A stretch of 63,210 nucleotides of DNA, counting the filler, from Corallochytrium limacisporum Hawaii (Eukaryota; Protista; Pluriformea), in NCBI GenBank assembly GCA_002811645.1. It is 5 parts of 5 records of this genome, joined end to end, with 100 filler letters (N's around TTAATTAATTAA, not from the genome) between each part and the next. Parts side by side here need not be neighbours in the genome. Positions count along the whole stretch, not along the records: positions 1 to 20,540 come from PDIP01000268.1; 4 more parts are not named here. One strand, written 5' to 3'. Positions 1-11,075 of this stretch are shown in pieces. Numbering within the stretch: position 1 is the stretch's first letter; each line of letters starts with the position of its first letter. Position numbers and translations under genes: made by a program. Below the pieces are notes generated by a model. The model made no database searches. It was given only the letters and a program-made list of their open reading frames with translations, and was not told the origin of the DNA.

Positions 1-548
1 TAAAATGAGTTACTAAATCACGATTAAAAAGTGTGATCGGGGTTCTCGTTTTCGTGCGATTTGTCTCATACTTAGGAGACAGAGGGTGGTATTCTGCAAC
101 GATACCGAGATGTGGCAGGTCCTCCAGCAGTAAGGCGCCACACAGACCGGGGGAGGGCCTGCGTTACAAAAATGGGAGGAAAAGGAAGTACGGGAGGTCC
201 CTCATTGGTTGCGACTCTGAGGGAGGATGCGCGAGCGAGCGGAGCCTTCGAGGACAACCAGGACACAAGAATTTTGATGAACTAGGAATGGGCTTTTGAT
301 TAGAAGAATACCTATTAGAAGAAGGTTTCCAAAATGTAAATACTCCATTAGACAGGGGCATGTTGCATTAGAATTAGTCTAGAGATATCCAGAAGTACCC
401 TTCATCTCGGTATTGCTGATAAGAGTATTAATAGCGAAAAGATGCAGATAGTGATTTTCGAAGTCAATTCCCCATGAATGTCGTAGGTAAGACGTAATTC
501 TGCGAAAACAGAATATGCTGTAGATTCTGATCTCCCTTGGGCAAAATT

Positions 549-3500
549 ATGTCCAGTATAGAGAAAAGAGGACCGTTGCAGCGGCTGGCCCGCGTACGAT
601 CCAAGGCCAGGCGCCGATCCAGCCATAACAAATCGAATTTATCTTTGAAGTTTGTATTACTACTAGGGGGTGATTCGGAGGCGGAAGAATGCGTTCGGAT
701 ACAAGCAATCAGTACTGATCTGGAAAAGAAGTACGGAGCAAAGCTATCTGTGATCCCCGTCGTGGAAGAAGAACCCATCAGTAATCAAGATCTGGAAGCC
801 GTTGTCAATGCGGACATTGTGATAGCAGAAATATCTGATCTTCTTGCAAGGGCAGAAATATTTTATGTTTTGGGTCTTCGAGAAGGAATTGGTAATTCGG
901 AAACAATTCTTGTGTTCAATGACGCTGAGGGCTTAGTGAGTGAAATCCAGGCACAGACACCAGGTTTCTGGACCTTGGGGTATGTTTTAAAGGAGCAAGG
1001 TGCAGATGACGATGAACATGCAATTGTGGATGCCATGGTCCCGGAGGATGACATGGAAGAGGGGGAGGATAAAGAAGGCGCATCAATGACATATCGCCCT
1101 CTGTCGGAGCATCTGAACAATATTTTCGTGGCAGCGGTACCTACGGGACGACAGGATCTCATGCAAGAGAAGGCATTTAGGGATTTCATCGCCGCTGCTG
1201 AGGACGGTGAACAGTTGAGTCCACTAAGGGATGCTTTTGTTGCGGCGGCACTGTCAAATAACTTATCAACGGCACCTATGTCGTCGTCGACTGCCAATGG
1301 ACCAGTACATGGAAAACCTATAGGAGTGGAAGTGTGGCCTGTAAACGTTAAGACATTTGGCATACTACTCAACGGTTATCGAAGGCTTGGAGAATGGCAG
1401 ATCGCTGGCGATCTTTGTCGCACTCTGGCCAACATGGATCGACTGTGGAATGTGAAAACAAGAAGACGCTTTGCAACTATTCTTTGTGTCCTCGCCGCAG
1501 ATCACGACGATACGTTGCTGACTGCCACGAGTGCGAGCATTGCGTCGCCTTCGTTGCGTGCATCTCAGGATAAAATTGAAAGCATTCCTTCTACTCCAGG
1601 AACACCAGGACTCGATGCTGTGCCCGATTTGAGCTCGAATGTGCCCCTGGCTGGTGGCGAAGCCCAGCAGATCCTGGAGGACATCCTTACATTGCCGAAG
1701 TACGCTGAAGAACTGGACGAGGAACAGAGACTTAAGACCCTGCGGGACCTGATATTTGTCTTGGTGAAGACCTACATTGATAGCAACTACACACTCTTCA
1801 ATTGTCTGCGGCGAGGTGTTGAATGCGCCACCGAAGCATTTGGTCTGGAACCCAGTGGAGAGACAGCGGTCAACCTTGCTATTCTTTTGCGAATGAACAA
1901 TGAAGATTTTTCAACCTCGCCACTGATGCAAAGGCTAGTGCCATCTCTGTATCTCACTATTGGTAGGGGAAAGAGACGACAGGAAGCTCTTGTCAGCAAT
2001 CCTGATATAGGCAATGGTGTACTGCTTGATGGTGGAACGGCATCGACTGTGCAGAGTGTGGGCACTCTCTTGAAGACCTACGCATTGGGTGAAAATTGGG
2101 ATGCAGTTAGTCAGTGTGTTCGGAATCTTCTATCCCTTAACCCCGGCATCCACCAGGTACTGAATCTTGTGCAGTTCATGGAACTTATTGTAAGCTGCAG
2201 AGATTCTAGTGATTTGCCTCGCGTGCGTGAGTTCGACTTTTGGACAGAATTTTTGAGTCGAAGATGTGCGGTACACGGCTCTCGTGACAAGGGCGTGCAG
2301 GGTAGTCTGGAAGACTTCCAAGTTCGCTCAACGGACGAAGCTGAACGCATGCTAAGGAGAGAAGCGGAAGCAGAAGAGCACCGCCATAGGGAAGAAACAA
2401 CGGGATTTGAGATTTTCCCTCGGGAACTGTCTGCTCCATCTTTGGGACCTGAGACGCAGTCTGCTACCACTATAGATTCTACTTTGCCAAATGACCAGCG
2501 CAGGTCTGCAGCTGCTACAGATGCCCATGCAGCTGCCATGGCCAAGAAACGGATACAAAGCATGCGCATCTTTCCTGTCCTTGAAGGCACTGGAGGGGAC
2601 GCAGAATTGGCATACTTGCAGATTCATGATGATGGAACTTTGTCCCTATGGACTTTGAGTGAGCGCATGCATATTGACTTAGATTTTGAATCTATCAGAC
2701 AGATCAGTGTTGTCGCCGATCGTAGTCCCAGCGTGTACATGTTTGTGGACAGTGTTGCAGATGTCTTCCACATCACATTCCCGAGTGTACAAGAGCGCAA
2801 GCTTTTCGATGCTGTCATTGCAAAGAGTGCAAACAACGCCGTTTTGTATCGGGATGAAGCCATGCGCATGGCTGATGAGGAAAACATGCAATTCAGGTGG
2901 ACCGCCGAGACAAAGCACGGGATTGAAATTCTGGGTAATGGAAGTTTCGGAGTGGTTTATGCAGCTATCAACTTAGAGACTGGTGCCGCCCTGGCTGTCA
3001 AGGAAGTGACAATTCTAGAAGGCAAGGACTTCCAGGTCCAAGCCTTAAAAGATGAGATTACTCTACTTCGAAGCCTCAAGCATCGACACATAGTTCGGTA
3101 TCTTAATTCAGAGGTGAGCGGCGACGTGCTCCGCATTTTTATGGAGCGGGTCAGTGGTGGTAGCATTGCTGCGCTTATCCTGAAATGGGGCGCTCTTGAC
3201 GAGGGTGTGGTGTCCAGATACACCGGACAGATCTGTCTTGGTCTGCAGTACTTGCATGATTGTGGTATAGTTCATCGTGATGTCAAGGGCTCCAACATTT
3301 TAGTAACTCATGACGGTATCATCAAGATCACAGACTTCGGATGCAGTACGCGTTTGGCGCAAATGCATGAGGGCTCCCGCGAAATGATTGGCACAGTACA
3401 GTATATGGCTCCAGAGGTCATTACCGCAGGAGGTCGTGGCTATGGTCCTCCAGCTGATGTGTGGAGCTTGGGGTGCACTGTGATTGAAATGTTGATTGGT

Positions 3501-6500
3501 CATCCCCCGTGGTCGAACTACAACAACGTGGAGGCTATTATGTACGAGATTGGTATGGAAAAGAAGCACCCACCCCTTCCAGACTCCGCATCTCAGGAGT
3601 CTATTAGTTTCTTGTCCCTGTGTTTCCGCAGTGATCCTCGCATGCGATTCACTGTGGAGCGACTTCTGTGCCACCCGTTCGCCAGTGCAGTACCACCTGG
3701 AACGTCACCAATGTCTCCGCTGGGCACAGTCGGTGCTCGCGGCGTGTCTATGGTTGGCATATCAAGCCAAAGTTCAACTCCAGGGCACATGGCACGGGCA
3801 TCTACATCGTTTGCAGGTGGCATCTCGACCATGAGCCAGTCCCGTACACCTGCTACGGAAGAAGCATTGCGTCGTCACTCTGCCGAAGAAAGCAAACGGA
3901 AAACAACACGGGCTGAACTGCCTGGAGACTGGACGCGCTCCGACACACTGCCTGAACCTCTGAAGGGGAAGAATGAGCAGGCGGCAGTGCCAGGAGAGGA
4001 TGAAGAGGAACGGTATTTGGCATCTGTGGCAGAGAAAGACGAGGCAGAGGAAGACCTAACACCTCGCATGACGAAAGCCTATGGTATGGGTGATCAAGTG
4101 ATCACTCCTCCCAGGAAGAGCACGGTCGCTGTCCAGGAGGAATCGCCCGGTAAGTCGTCTAACAAGTCGAAATCGAAGGAGCATGCCCGAGGGCGTGCCG
4201 AAACGGTAAGCAGTGGCCGTGGCGCCGCGGACCGTCGCAAGGCAGAAGTAATTCGCAAGTGGCAAAAGGGTATGGGTCTGGCGAAGGGTTTGATCTCCCC
4301 ATTTAAAAATGTTCTGAACATGGAGAGCAATCGTGACTCAGAAATTAGTTCAGGAGCCAGCAGCCCGGCACCTCTGTTGACACCCGACGAAGGAAGAGAT
4401 TCGTTGGATGCTAAAACAGGCATGCCACTCATAAAAGCGACAGAATCTACTCCCCGCAGCATGAGAGACTCAAGTGATAGTATCGCCTCTGCGGCCACTG
4501 CTACTTCTAAAGACAGCCGTTCTCAGATCTCGAACGCTGAACGATTCGCACACGCAGTAGAAGATGTTATCGCTCGGACGTCGGGCACCATAGTGCGCGT
4601 TGTAGATGAAGAGCGGTCTGCCATCAGCCGCTCCTCTCAGAAAGAGCTCCAGGGTGGATCCAGTCTGGCTGATTTGCCGACTGTCATTGGCTTACTCCTA
4701 GATGCCCTAATAGGTAACGTAAAGCAGAGCGGCAATGACAAACTGCAACCGATATATGAACGAATTGCTCAGGCTCAGGTACGATGGGGCAGTCAGGTTT
4801 CTATCGCCTGTGAAAGTCCTGCAGGTGAAGAGGCAACTAGTCGTCTTGAACGGCATCTTGACGTGTCGAAAGCGACGGAGTACCTTGCTCTGCTGCGGGC
4901 TGCCATGGCCCGTATCATTGTGGCTATCCGATCACACTTACGGCGTCGCAAGATTGAGCCACATTGGATGTTCGCCATTGATGACATTCTTGCCAAGGCC
5001 AGTAACCAGATTGTACATGGTTGTCACAACGCAATTTTTGCGGGATACGGTGAGGAGGATACTGGTGATGAAGACCTCAGCAGCCCTATGGAAGACGGAC
5101 CGCTCGCGGAGGCTGGTCGAAAACGTAGCAATACTTCTCTCGCCACGCACTCTCCAATCGTTGTCAGTGGTAAACGCAAGACAACGATGGCACCTGGCTT
5201 GAGCAAATCTAAGCACCCTGAAGGTTTGAGGCACTTACGCAAAGCTGCCTCACTCCGAGCTCCACCGAAGGGCAGATCCCAACGCCCGGCCTCACTGTCC
5301 TTGTCGATGGACCCCGGTGAGGGCTCACAGGATCCTCTATCGAGCTCCGTCGGTGCGCGAATGATGGGTCAGCACCACGGTACTATTGGACACATGCCCC
5401 AGCAACGAACCCTGGAAGTTTTGGGCTCACGATTCCCGTCGCTGGGTGGTAGTATCGGCAAGACAGTTGGTACTAGCAGTGGGACTCGTTATTCCACCTC
5501 TGACGGCATGCGTGCCACATCCCAGGGGCGACGCGTCCAGAGCGATGATGCCGATTACGTTGACTATCACGCAAATTTCGCCGCAGGAGTACTGCGTCGC
5601 CACCGCAGTCTGCGCAAGCCGCATCGTACATCCCAAAAGTCGCTTAGCGGAAGCAACCATGGCAGTGTTGGCAAATCGTTGCCCGGAGGAGTCCTCTCCG
5701 GTGGCGAGGGTACGCCAGGCTCGTCTATCAACGACCCCGACTATTCGGGTGCCAGTGATATTGTGCCTGCAGTGGCAAAGAGCCACCTGGGACTTAGTTC
5801 AGCACATTCGATTTCAGATATTCCCTCATTGGGACCAATCGTCCCGGAACGCCGTGAGAGTATCGGGCATACAGGTAGTGCAGCGGGCAATTCGTGGGGA
5901 GGCGATGCACTGAGCAGCTCCAGTGCGGGAAACAGCCATGCGCGCTTAACTCCGCGTCGCAGCATCCGTCTGTCCCTACGCCACAACATCGCTCGTGGAC
6001 AACGTTCAATGAGTATATCGCAGGGTGCGGTGGATTCGTTGGAGAATATAACGCTTGGACCTGGCGCTGGCGCCGACCGTACATCGACGGGCAGTATCAA
6101 CACCTCACGAGGGACCCCATCCAATGATAAGTTGGCCGTATCGGAGAATTCTGGTCTCCAGCGAAGCTTGTCTTCCGACAAGAAGCGCAACCGTCCCAAC
6201 GTGGGCACGGTTAATTTGCGCCATCGCACGGCTGCTAGCCAGGAGACTGGCATTGTGAAGCAGCGACATGAGTACGTCAACTACGATAATCTTCAAGCTG
6301 ATCAGGCGGCACCTGCAAGCATGCAGCAAGGCGGATCATCGATTCCTGCACCGCCCGTTCCTCCGCGATCGTCAAGTCTGAAACCCATGCCCATGCCCCA
6401 GGGCAGTACGGGAAATACATATGTCAATTGGTACGCGGAGCAACAAGAAGAGCAGCAACAAGCACCGGTAACGCAACCACCACTGGCAAAGAGCCTGAGC

Positions 6501-7319
6501 CCGGTCAGGGAGGTGCAGACACCGGCAGTAGGCAGCGGTCACACGGACTCCGATGCAGGCAATCATTCCAACGTTATGGTCACCAGTGCTCCGCGTGCTG
6601 CGGGCCTCCGTGCCGGCTCCTCTATGTCTTCATCAACCCTTCCGCGTGAATTTTCCACGGAAGAAGCGCTAGAGAGCGAATCACCATCCGTTGATGAATT
6701 TGATCGCAACCCTTACGACTTTGGACGGATCAGTACAGCCGGCAGTTCGTTGGCGTCCTCCAGGCCAGGGGGCACAGGTCCACGCCGTGGGCGTCTAGGT
6801 AGTAGCAGCAGCGCCGGAGCGGACAGCGACACAGCCGCCGGAATGTCGGTTTCCCAACCTCCCACACCTGGCCCTGGCCCCAGCAACAGCTCCGGTCCTC
6901 GAGGCGGTGGCGCTGCGATGCGAAGAGAAGGATCCAAGCGCCGTAAGGGAGGGCTGCGAAATGCCAGGGATGTGCACAATGAGGTCATCGTACACGAACC
7001 TCAGAACCCTGACGACCCACCTTACATGAAGTGGATGGGGAAAGTCTGTCTCGTGGCAGGAACGCAGGAGAGTGCTAAAGCTACAAACGGTGCGTCACCT
7101 GCAAGTGGGTCCCGCAACGGCGTCATGACTGCAGCAACGGCCGATAGTAAGGACGAACGAAGGGGAGACTCATCATCGTCCACCGCGGCTGCTGCTGTGG
7201 CCATGGACCCCGACCGTTCTGTCTTGTACGTCCCTGCGGACGTACTCTCCCTGTTCAAACAGGGGACGGGAACCACGCGAGTCATTATGCGCAGTTTTGA
7301 CGAATTGGAGGATTTGTAA
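549..7319 (+). CDS. ASK1/MAP3K5/MAP3K15-family MAP kinase kinase kinase
   Basis: STE11-type kinase domain (LGNGSFGVVY, AVKE, HRDVKGSN, DFG, GTVQYMAPE, ADVWSLG). ASK-specific segments: FDFWTEF and RIFPVL before a PH-like region, and IEPHWMFAIDDIL after the kinase (cf. ASK1 IKPHWMFALD). First ATG is at 549; the track start at 537 is TTG. Confidence 0.9.
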   Translation: MSSIEKRGPLQRLARVRSKARRRSSHNKSNLSLKFVLLLGGDSEAEECVRIQAISTDLEKKYGAKLSVIPVVEEEPISNQDLEAVVNADIVIAEISDLLARAEIFYVLGLREGIGNSETILVFNDAEGLVSEIQAQTPGFWTLGYVLKEQGADDDEHAIVDAMVPEDDMEEGEDKEGASMTYRPLSEHLNNIFVAAVPTGRQDLMQEKAFRDFIAAAEDGEQLSPLRDAFVAAALSNNLSTAPMSSSTANGPVHGKPIGVEVWPVNVKTFGILLNGYRRLGEWQIAGDLCRTLANMDRLWNVKTRRRFATILCVLAADHDDTLLTATSASIASPSLRASQDKIESIPSTPGTPGLDAVPDLSSNVPLAGGEAQQILEDILTLPKYAEELDEEQRLKTLRDLIFVLVKTYIDSNYTLFNCLRRGVECATEAFGLEPSGETAVNLAILLRMNNEDFSTSPLMQRLVPSLYLTIGRGKRRQEALVSNPDIGNGVLLDGGTASTVQSVGTLLKTYALGENWDAVSQCVRNLLSLNPGIHQVLNLVQFMELIVSCRDSSDLPRVREFDFWTEFLSRRCAVHGSRDKGVQGSLEDFQVRSTDEAERMLRREAEAEEHRHREETTGFEIFPRELSAPSLGPETQSATTIDSTLPNDQRRSAAATDAHAAAMAKKRIQSMRIFPVLEGTGGDAELAYLQIHDDGTLSLWTLSERMHIDLDFESIRQISVVADRSPSVYMFVDSVADVFHITFPSVQERKLFDAVIAKSANNAVLYRDEAMRMADEENMQFRWTAETKHGIEILGNGSFGVVYAAINLETGAALAVKEVTILEGKDFQVQALKDEITLLRSLKHRHIVRYLNSEVSGDVLRIFMERVSGGSIAALILKWGALDEGVVSRYTGQICLGLQYLHDCGIVHRDVKGSNILVTHDGIIKITDFGCSTRLAQMHEGSREMIGTVQYMAPEVITAGGRGYGPPADVWSLGCTVIEMLIGHPPWSNYNNVEAIMYEIGMEKKHPPLPDSASQESISFLSLCFRSDPRMRFTVERLLCHPFASAVPPGTSPMSPLGTVGARGVSMVGISSQSSTPGHMARASTSFAGGISTMSQSRTPATEEALRRHSAEESKRKTTRAELPGDWTRSDTLPEPLKGKNEQAAVPGEDEEERYLASVAEKDEAEEDLTPRMTKAYGMGDQVITPPRKSTVAVQEESPGKSSNKSKSKEHARGRAETVSSGRGAADRRKAEVIRKWQKGMGLAKGLISPFKNVLNMESNRDSEISSGASSPAPLLTPDEGRDSLDAKTGMPLIKATESTPRSMRDSSDSIASAATATSKDSRSQISNAERFAHAVEDVIARTSGTIVRVVDEERSAISRSSQKELQGGSSLADLPTVIGLLLDALIGNVKQSGNDKLQPIYERIAQAQVRWGSQVSIACESPAGEEATSRLERHLDVSKATEYLALLRAAMARIIVAIRSHLRRRKIEPHWMFAIDDILAKASNQIVHGCHNAIFAGYGEEDTGDEDLSSPMEDGPLAEAGRKRSNTSLATHSPIVVSGKRKTTMAPGLSKSKHPEGLRHLRKAASLRAPPKGRSQRPASLSLSMDPGEGSQDPLSSSVGARMMGQHHGTIGHMPQQRTLEVLGSRFPSLGGSIGKTVGTSSGTRYSTSDGMRATSQGRRVQSDDADYVDYHANFAAGVLRRHRSLRKPHRTSQKSLSGSNHGSVGKSLPGGVLSGGEGTPGSSINDPDYSGASDIVPAVAKSHLGLSSAHSISDIPSLGPIVPERRESIGHTGSAAGNSWGGDALSSSSAGNSHARLTPRRSIRLSLRHNIARGQRSMSISQGAVDSLENITLGPGAGADRTSTGSINTSRGTPSNDKLAVSENSGLQRSLSSDKKRNRPNVGTVNLRHRTAASQETGIVKQRHEYVNYDNLQADQAAPASMQQGGSSIPAPPVPPRSSSLKPMPMPQGSTGNTYVNWYAEQQEEQQQAPVTQPPLAKSLSPVREVQTPAVGSGHTDSDAGNHSNVMVTSAPRAAGLRAGSSMSSSTLPREFSTEEALESESPSVDEFDRNPYDFGRISTAGSSLASSRPGGTGPRRGRLGSSSSAGADSDTAAGMSVSQPPTPGPGPSNSSGPRGGGAAMRREGSKRRKGGLRNARDVHNEVIVHEPQNPDDPPYMKWMGKVCLVAGTQESAKATNGASPASGSRNGVMTAATADSKDERRGDSSSSTAAAAVAMDPDRSVLYVPADVLSLFKQGTGTTRVIMRSFDELEDL

Positions 7320-7383
7320 GAGACGAGCCAACAAGGTACACGTTCCCAGCCTTAGAATAAACAAGAAACCTCCTTATGTACTA

Positions 7384-8373
<990 letters not shown>

Positions 8374-8765
8374 CTACGGCTGTCTCCCGTTTCCTCAAAT
8401 CTCGCAGCCTTACTATGCTGACCAACTCAAACAGCCTGTACAGTGTTCATGGATGCGTCTACATATACACATATGCTCTTGCCCATACAGGTCACGATGT
8501 GCTAAGTACGTGTACAGTGTCACATAGATACGGCGTCCCTTAGCAGCCTCAAGGTCTCTCCGTAGAAAGCGGGTGCGAGAGGCAGGAGAGCCAGACCGAC
8601 CGGCCAGTCAGCCAGCCCATGGGTGGAGAACACGCCTTTCTTTCAGGCGGGCAAAGCAGACAGTCCAAGGACCGAGGAGGGAGAAGGCTGATGCCTAAAG
8701 GCCGGCGGGCTGTTTGACGCCGTACTAGGCCGGATGGGAAGAACCGGGGCAGAGGTGCCAGGGCA

Positions 8766-8773
8766 TTTCGCGC
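8766..8773. promoter_or_regulatory. E2F-type site TTTCGCGC in the TYMS/NUP54 divergent promoter
   Basis: Exact match to TTTSSCGC within TTTCGCGCGCAAA, ~410 bp upstream of the TYMS ATG. Confidence 0.4.
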
Positions 8774-9302
8774 GCAAAGGGGAAAGATGGGGCCAAGAAC
8801 CGTAAGTGCTGTTTTCGTTTTGGCAACAGACTGAGGAAGGGACCCCCTGTCCGACCAAATCCGCAGGGGCATTCCCCTCTGGCGGTGAATGGGCTTCTGA
8901 ACTCAGGGGATCAAAACCAAAACGGGAGTCTAATTTTCTCGGTGTTTGCCTGCCAAGGCCCACCCCCTGGCGGGGAGGGACCGCGCGCACCGGGGAAAGT
9001 CACGCAGATGTGGAGCAAGTCAGGAGGTCCAAGTGTGATTGTTGTATTCGGGTGGATCCTTCTTTCGGACTGTGCTCTTGTTTCAGACCCCACTGAGCCT
9101 GCATGCACGAAGAGATGTTGGCTTTGGCCTCGCACATATTTCAGTGTGCTCAACTCCTACGACGTGCGGTGCCGGTGTTGTCTGTATTGCTTTTAAGGTT
9201 CATTGACAAAGAAAATCAAGGAGAAACACCATCGGAATACTTACCATGAAAACCTGATAGTTCGAGGAATTTTGATTGAAAACGTCGAAGGAGAAGACAA
9301 CG

Positions 9303-10877
9303 ATGGCTTTTTCATTTGGAAGCACCACTTCGGCACAAAAGCCCGGTGGCTTTGGTATCGGATCGACTGGCACGAATCCACCAACACAGACGCCTCAGCC
9401 GCAGACCAGCGGGTTTAGCTTTGGATCTTCAGCTCCGGCAAATACTCCGCAGCAGGGTCAGACGGGACGAGGTTTATTTGGAAACACGCAGCAGCAACAA
9501 CCAGGACAGACAGGCGGTGGACTCTTTGGTAACACCTCTCAGCAGCAGATGCAGAATAAGCCGGCTGGAGGACTATTCGGTACCAGCGCTGCTGGTGCAA
9601 CTGGAGGTTTTACCACGGGATCCTCTACAACTGCTACCGGTGGCGGGATCTTTGGCAGCAATCAACAGCAACAACAGCAGCAAGTGCAGCCAGGACAGAC
9701 TGGTGGCGGTCTGTTCGGTTCGACCAGTCAGCAGCAGGCCGGGCAGCCGGGAGGAGGACTGTTTGGTTCTACGCAGCAGCAGAACAAGCCTGCCGGCGGC
9801 CTATTTGGCGGTACGAACGTTGCACAACAAGGGACAACAGGTGGATTGTTCGGCAACGTTCAACAACAGAACCAACCGAAACCCGGAGGATTCGGCAGCT
9901 TCGGCACTGGCACCACCGGCGCCACTGGTGGTTTCAGTGCTGGCCTCGGCTTTGGTCAGACTCAACAGCAGCCTCAGCAACATCAGCAGTCAGCTTTTGG
10001 TGGCTTTGGAGTGCAGAACCAACAGCAGCAGCAGCAACAAATGTCACAGGGCATGGTCCAGAACGCCGTCGGTTCCCACAATCTGCAGACAGGCATGCAA
10101 CAGTTGCACCAGGCTATGATGACCTTAAATGCTCAAGTGAATCCCCAAAGCCCTGAATGTATCTTCAAGTTTATGTTCTACAACCGGCGCGTAGAGGGCG
10201 ACGAATCGTATTACCAGAAGCCCAATGAAGTCGACGACAGTCTCTGGAACCAAGCCGTCATTAACAACCGTGATCCGAGTAAGTACTACCCCGTTGCAGC
10301 CGTGGGTTTTGAAGGTCTGCAGAAACGTCGTGCTTTGCAGGACGAGGCTGTAAAAGAGTACAGCAAGCGTCTGGAGAACATTGCCAAGAGTCTGAATGAC
10401 ATCAAGAGCCGTCAGGATCTGGACATCCAGGTGCGCATGGAAGCATACCGTCTGCGTCAGGCCGAATTGAGCCATCGCATGCTCGTGATCCTGGCGCAAC
10501 TAACCGCGCTGCTGCGTGGTCCAGCACCGTTGACCATCGAAGAAGAACAAATGAAGAGTCGTCTGCTGGCCACCTACCGCGAACTGAACCGGCCGGACCA
10601 GTTTAAGGGACTTCTCGCCGATCTGCAAGCACAGGTGAGTATGCAGGAGCAGGCGGCACAGACAGCCTCAAAGCCGAAGGGCGGCGAGATGGTGGCTGAT
10701 GCGCAGCAGATTGGCGTGTATGTCGACTACCTGAAGCAGCAGAAGGAAGGCATTGCTTATCTTCAGCGCATTTTGCAGGAAGACATGCAGCTGCTGGAGA
10801 CTATCGAGCAAACACACAATGCTGGTCCACAGGGCCAGATCAACGGACCTGCACGGGCGCACATGGTAGGCATGTGA
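9303..10877 (+). CDS. NUP54: Nucleoporin Nup54/Nup57
   Basis: N-terminal MAFSFG, many GLFG/FG repeats with Q-rich spacers, then FKFMFYN..W.QA..N.DP...PV...GF..L..R and a C-terminal coiled coil. ATG at 9303. Confidence 0.93.
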   Translation: MAFSFGSTTSAQKPGGFGIGSTGTNPPTQTPQPQTSGFSFGSSAPANTPQQGQTGRGLFGNTQQQQPGQTGGGLFGNTSQQQMQNKPAGGLFGTSAAGATGGFTTGSSTTATGGGIFGSNQQQQQQQVQPGQTGGGLFGSTSQQQAGQPGGGLFGSTQQQNKPAGGLFGGTNVAQQGTTGGLFGNVQQQNQPKPGGFGSFGTGTTGATGGFSAGLGFGQTQQQPQQHQQSAFGGFGVQNQQQQQQQMSQGMVQNAVGSHNLQTGMQQLHQAMMTLNAQVNPQSPECIFKFMFYNRRVEGDESYYQKPNEVDDSLWNQAVINNRDPSKYYPVAAVGFEGLQKRRALQDEAVKEYSKRLENIAKSLNDIKSRQDLDIQVRMEAYRLRQAELSHRMLVILAQLTALLRGPAPLTIEEEQMKSRLLATYRELNRPDQFKGLLADLQAQVSMQEQAAQTASKPKGGEMVADAQQIGVYVDYLKQQKEGIAYLQRILQEDMQLLETIEQTHNAGPQGQINGPARAHMVGM

Positions 10878-11075
10878 GCCAATGGTAGATTTCAATGTAT
10901 AGAAATGTATAGAAATTTAGTGAGTAGTACGGTACTCCGTTTTGTGCTGAATGGATCCTAAATGGGGTTGGAGTTGATATGTATCTGAGTTGTTTGAACT
11001 GTGTCGAATGACGTGCTGACCAGACTCGTACAAACAGCTTTATATAATTCTCTATGTCATTTCGACAAGCACTGC

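Noticed and set aside
9440-10040. Regularly spaced DNA repeats
   Set aside because: They encode Nup54 GLFG/poly-Q repeats; not CRISPR or satellite DNA.
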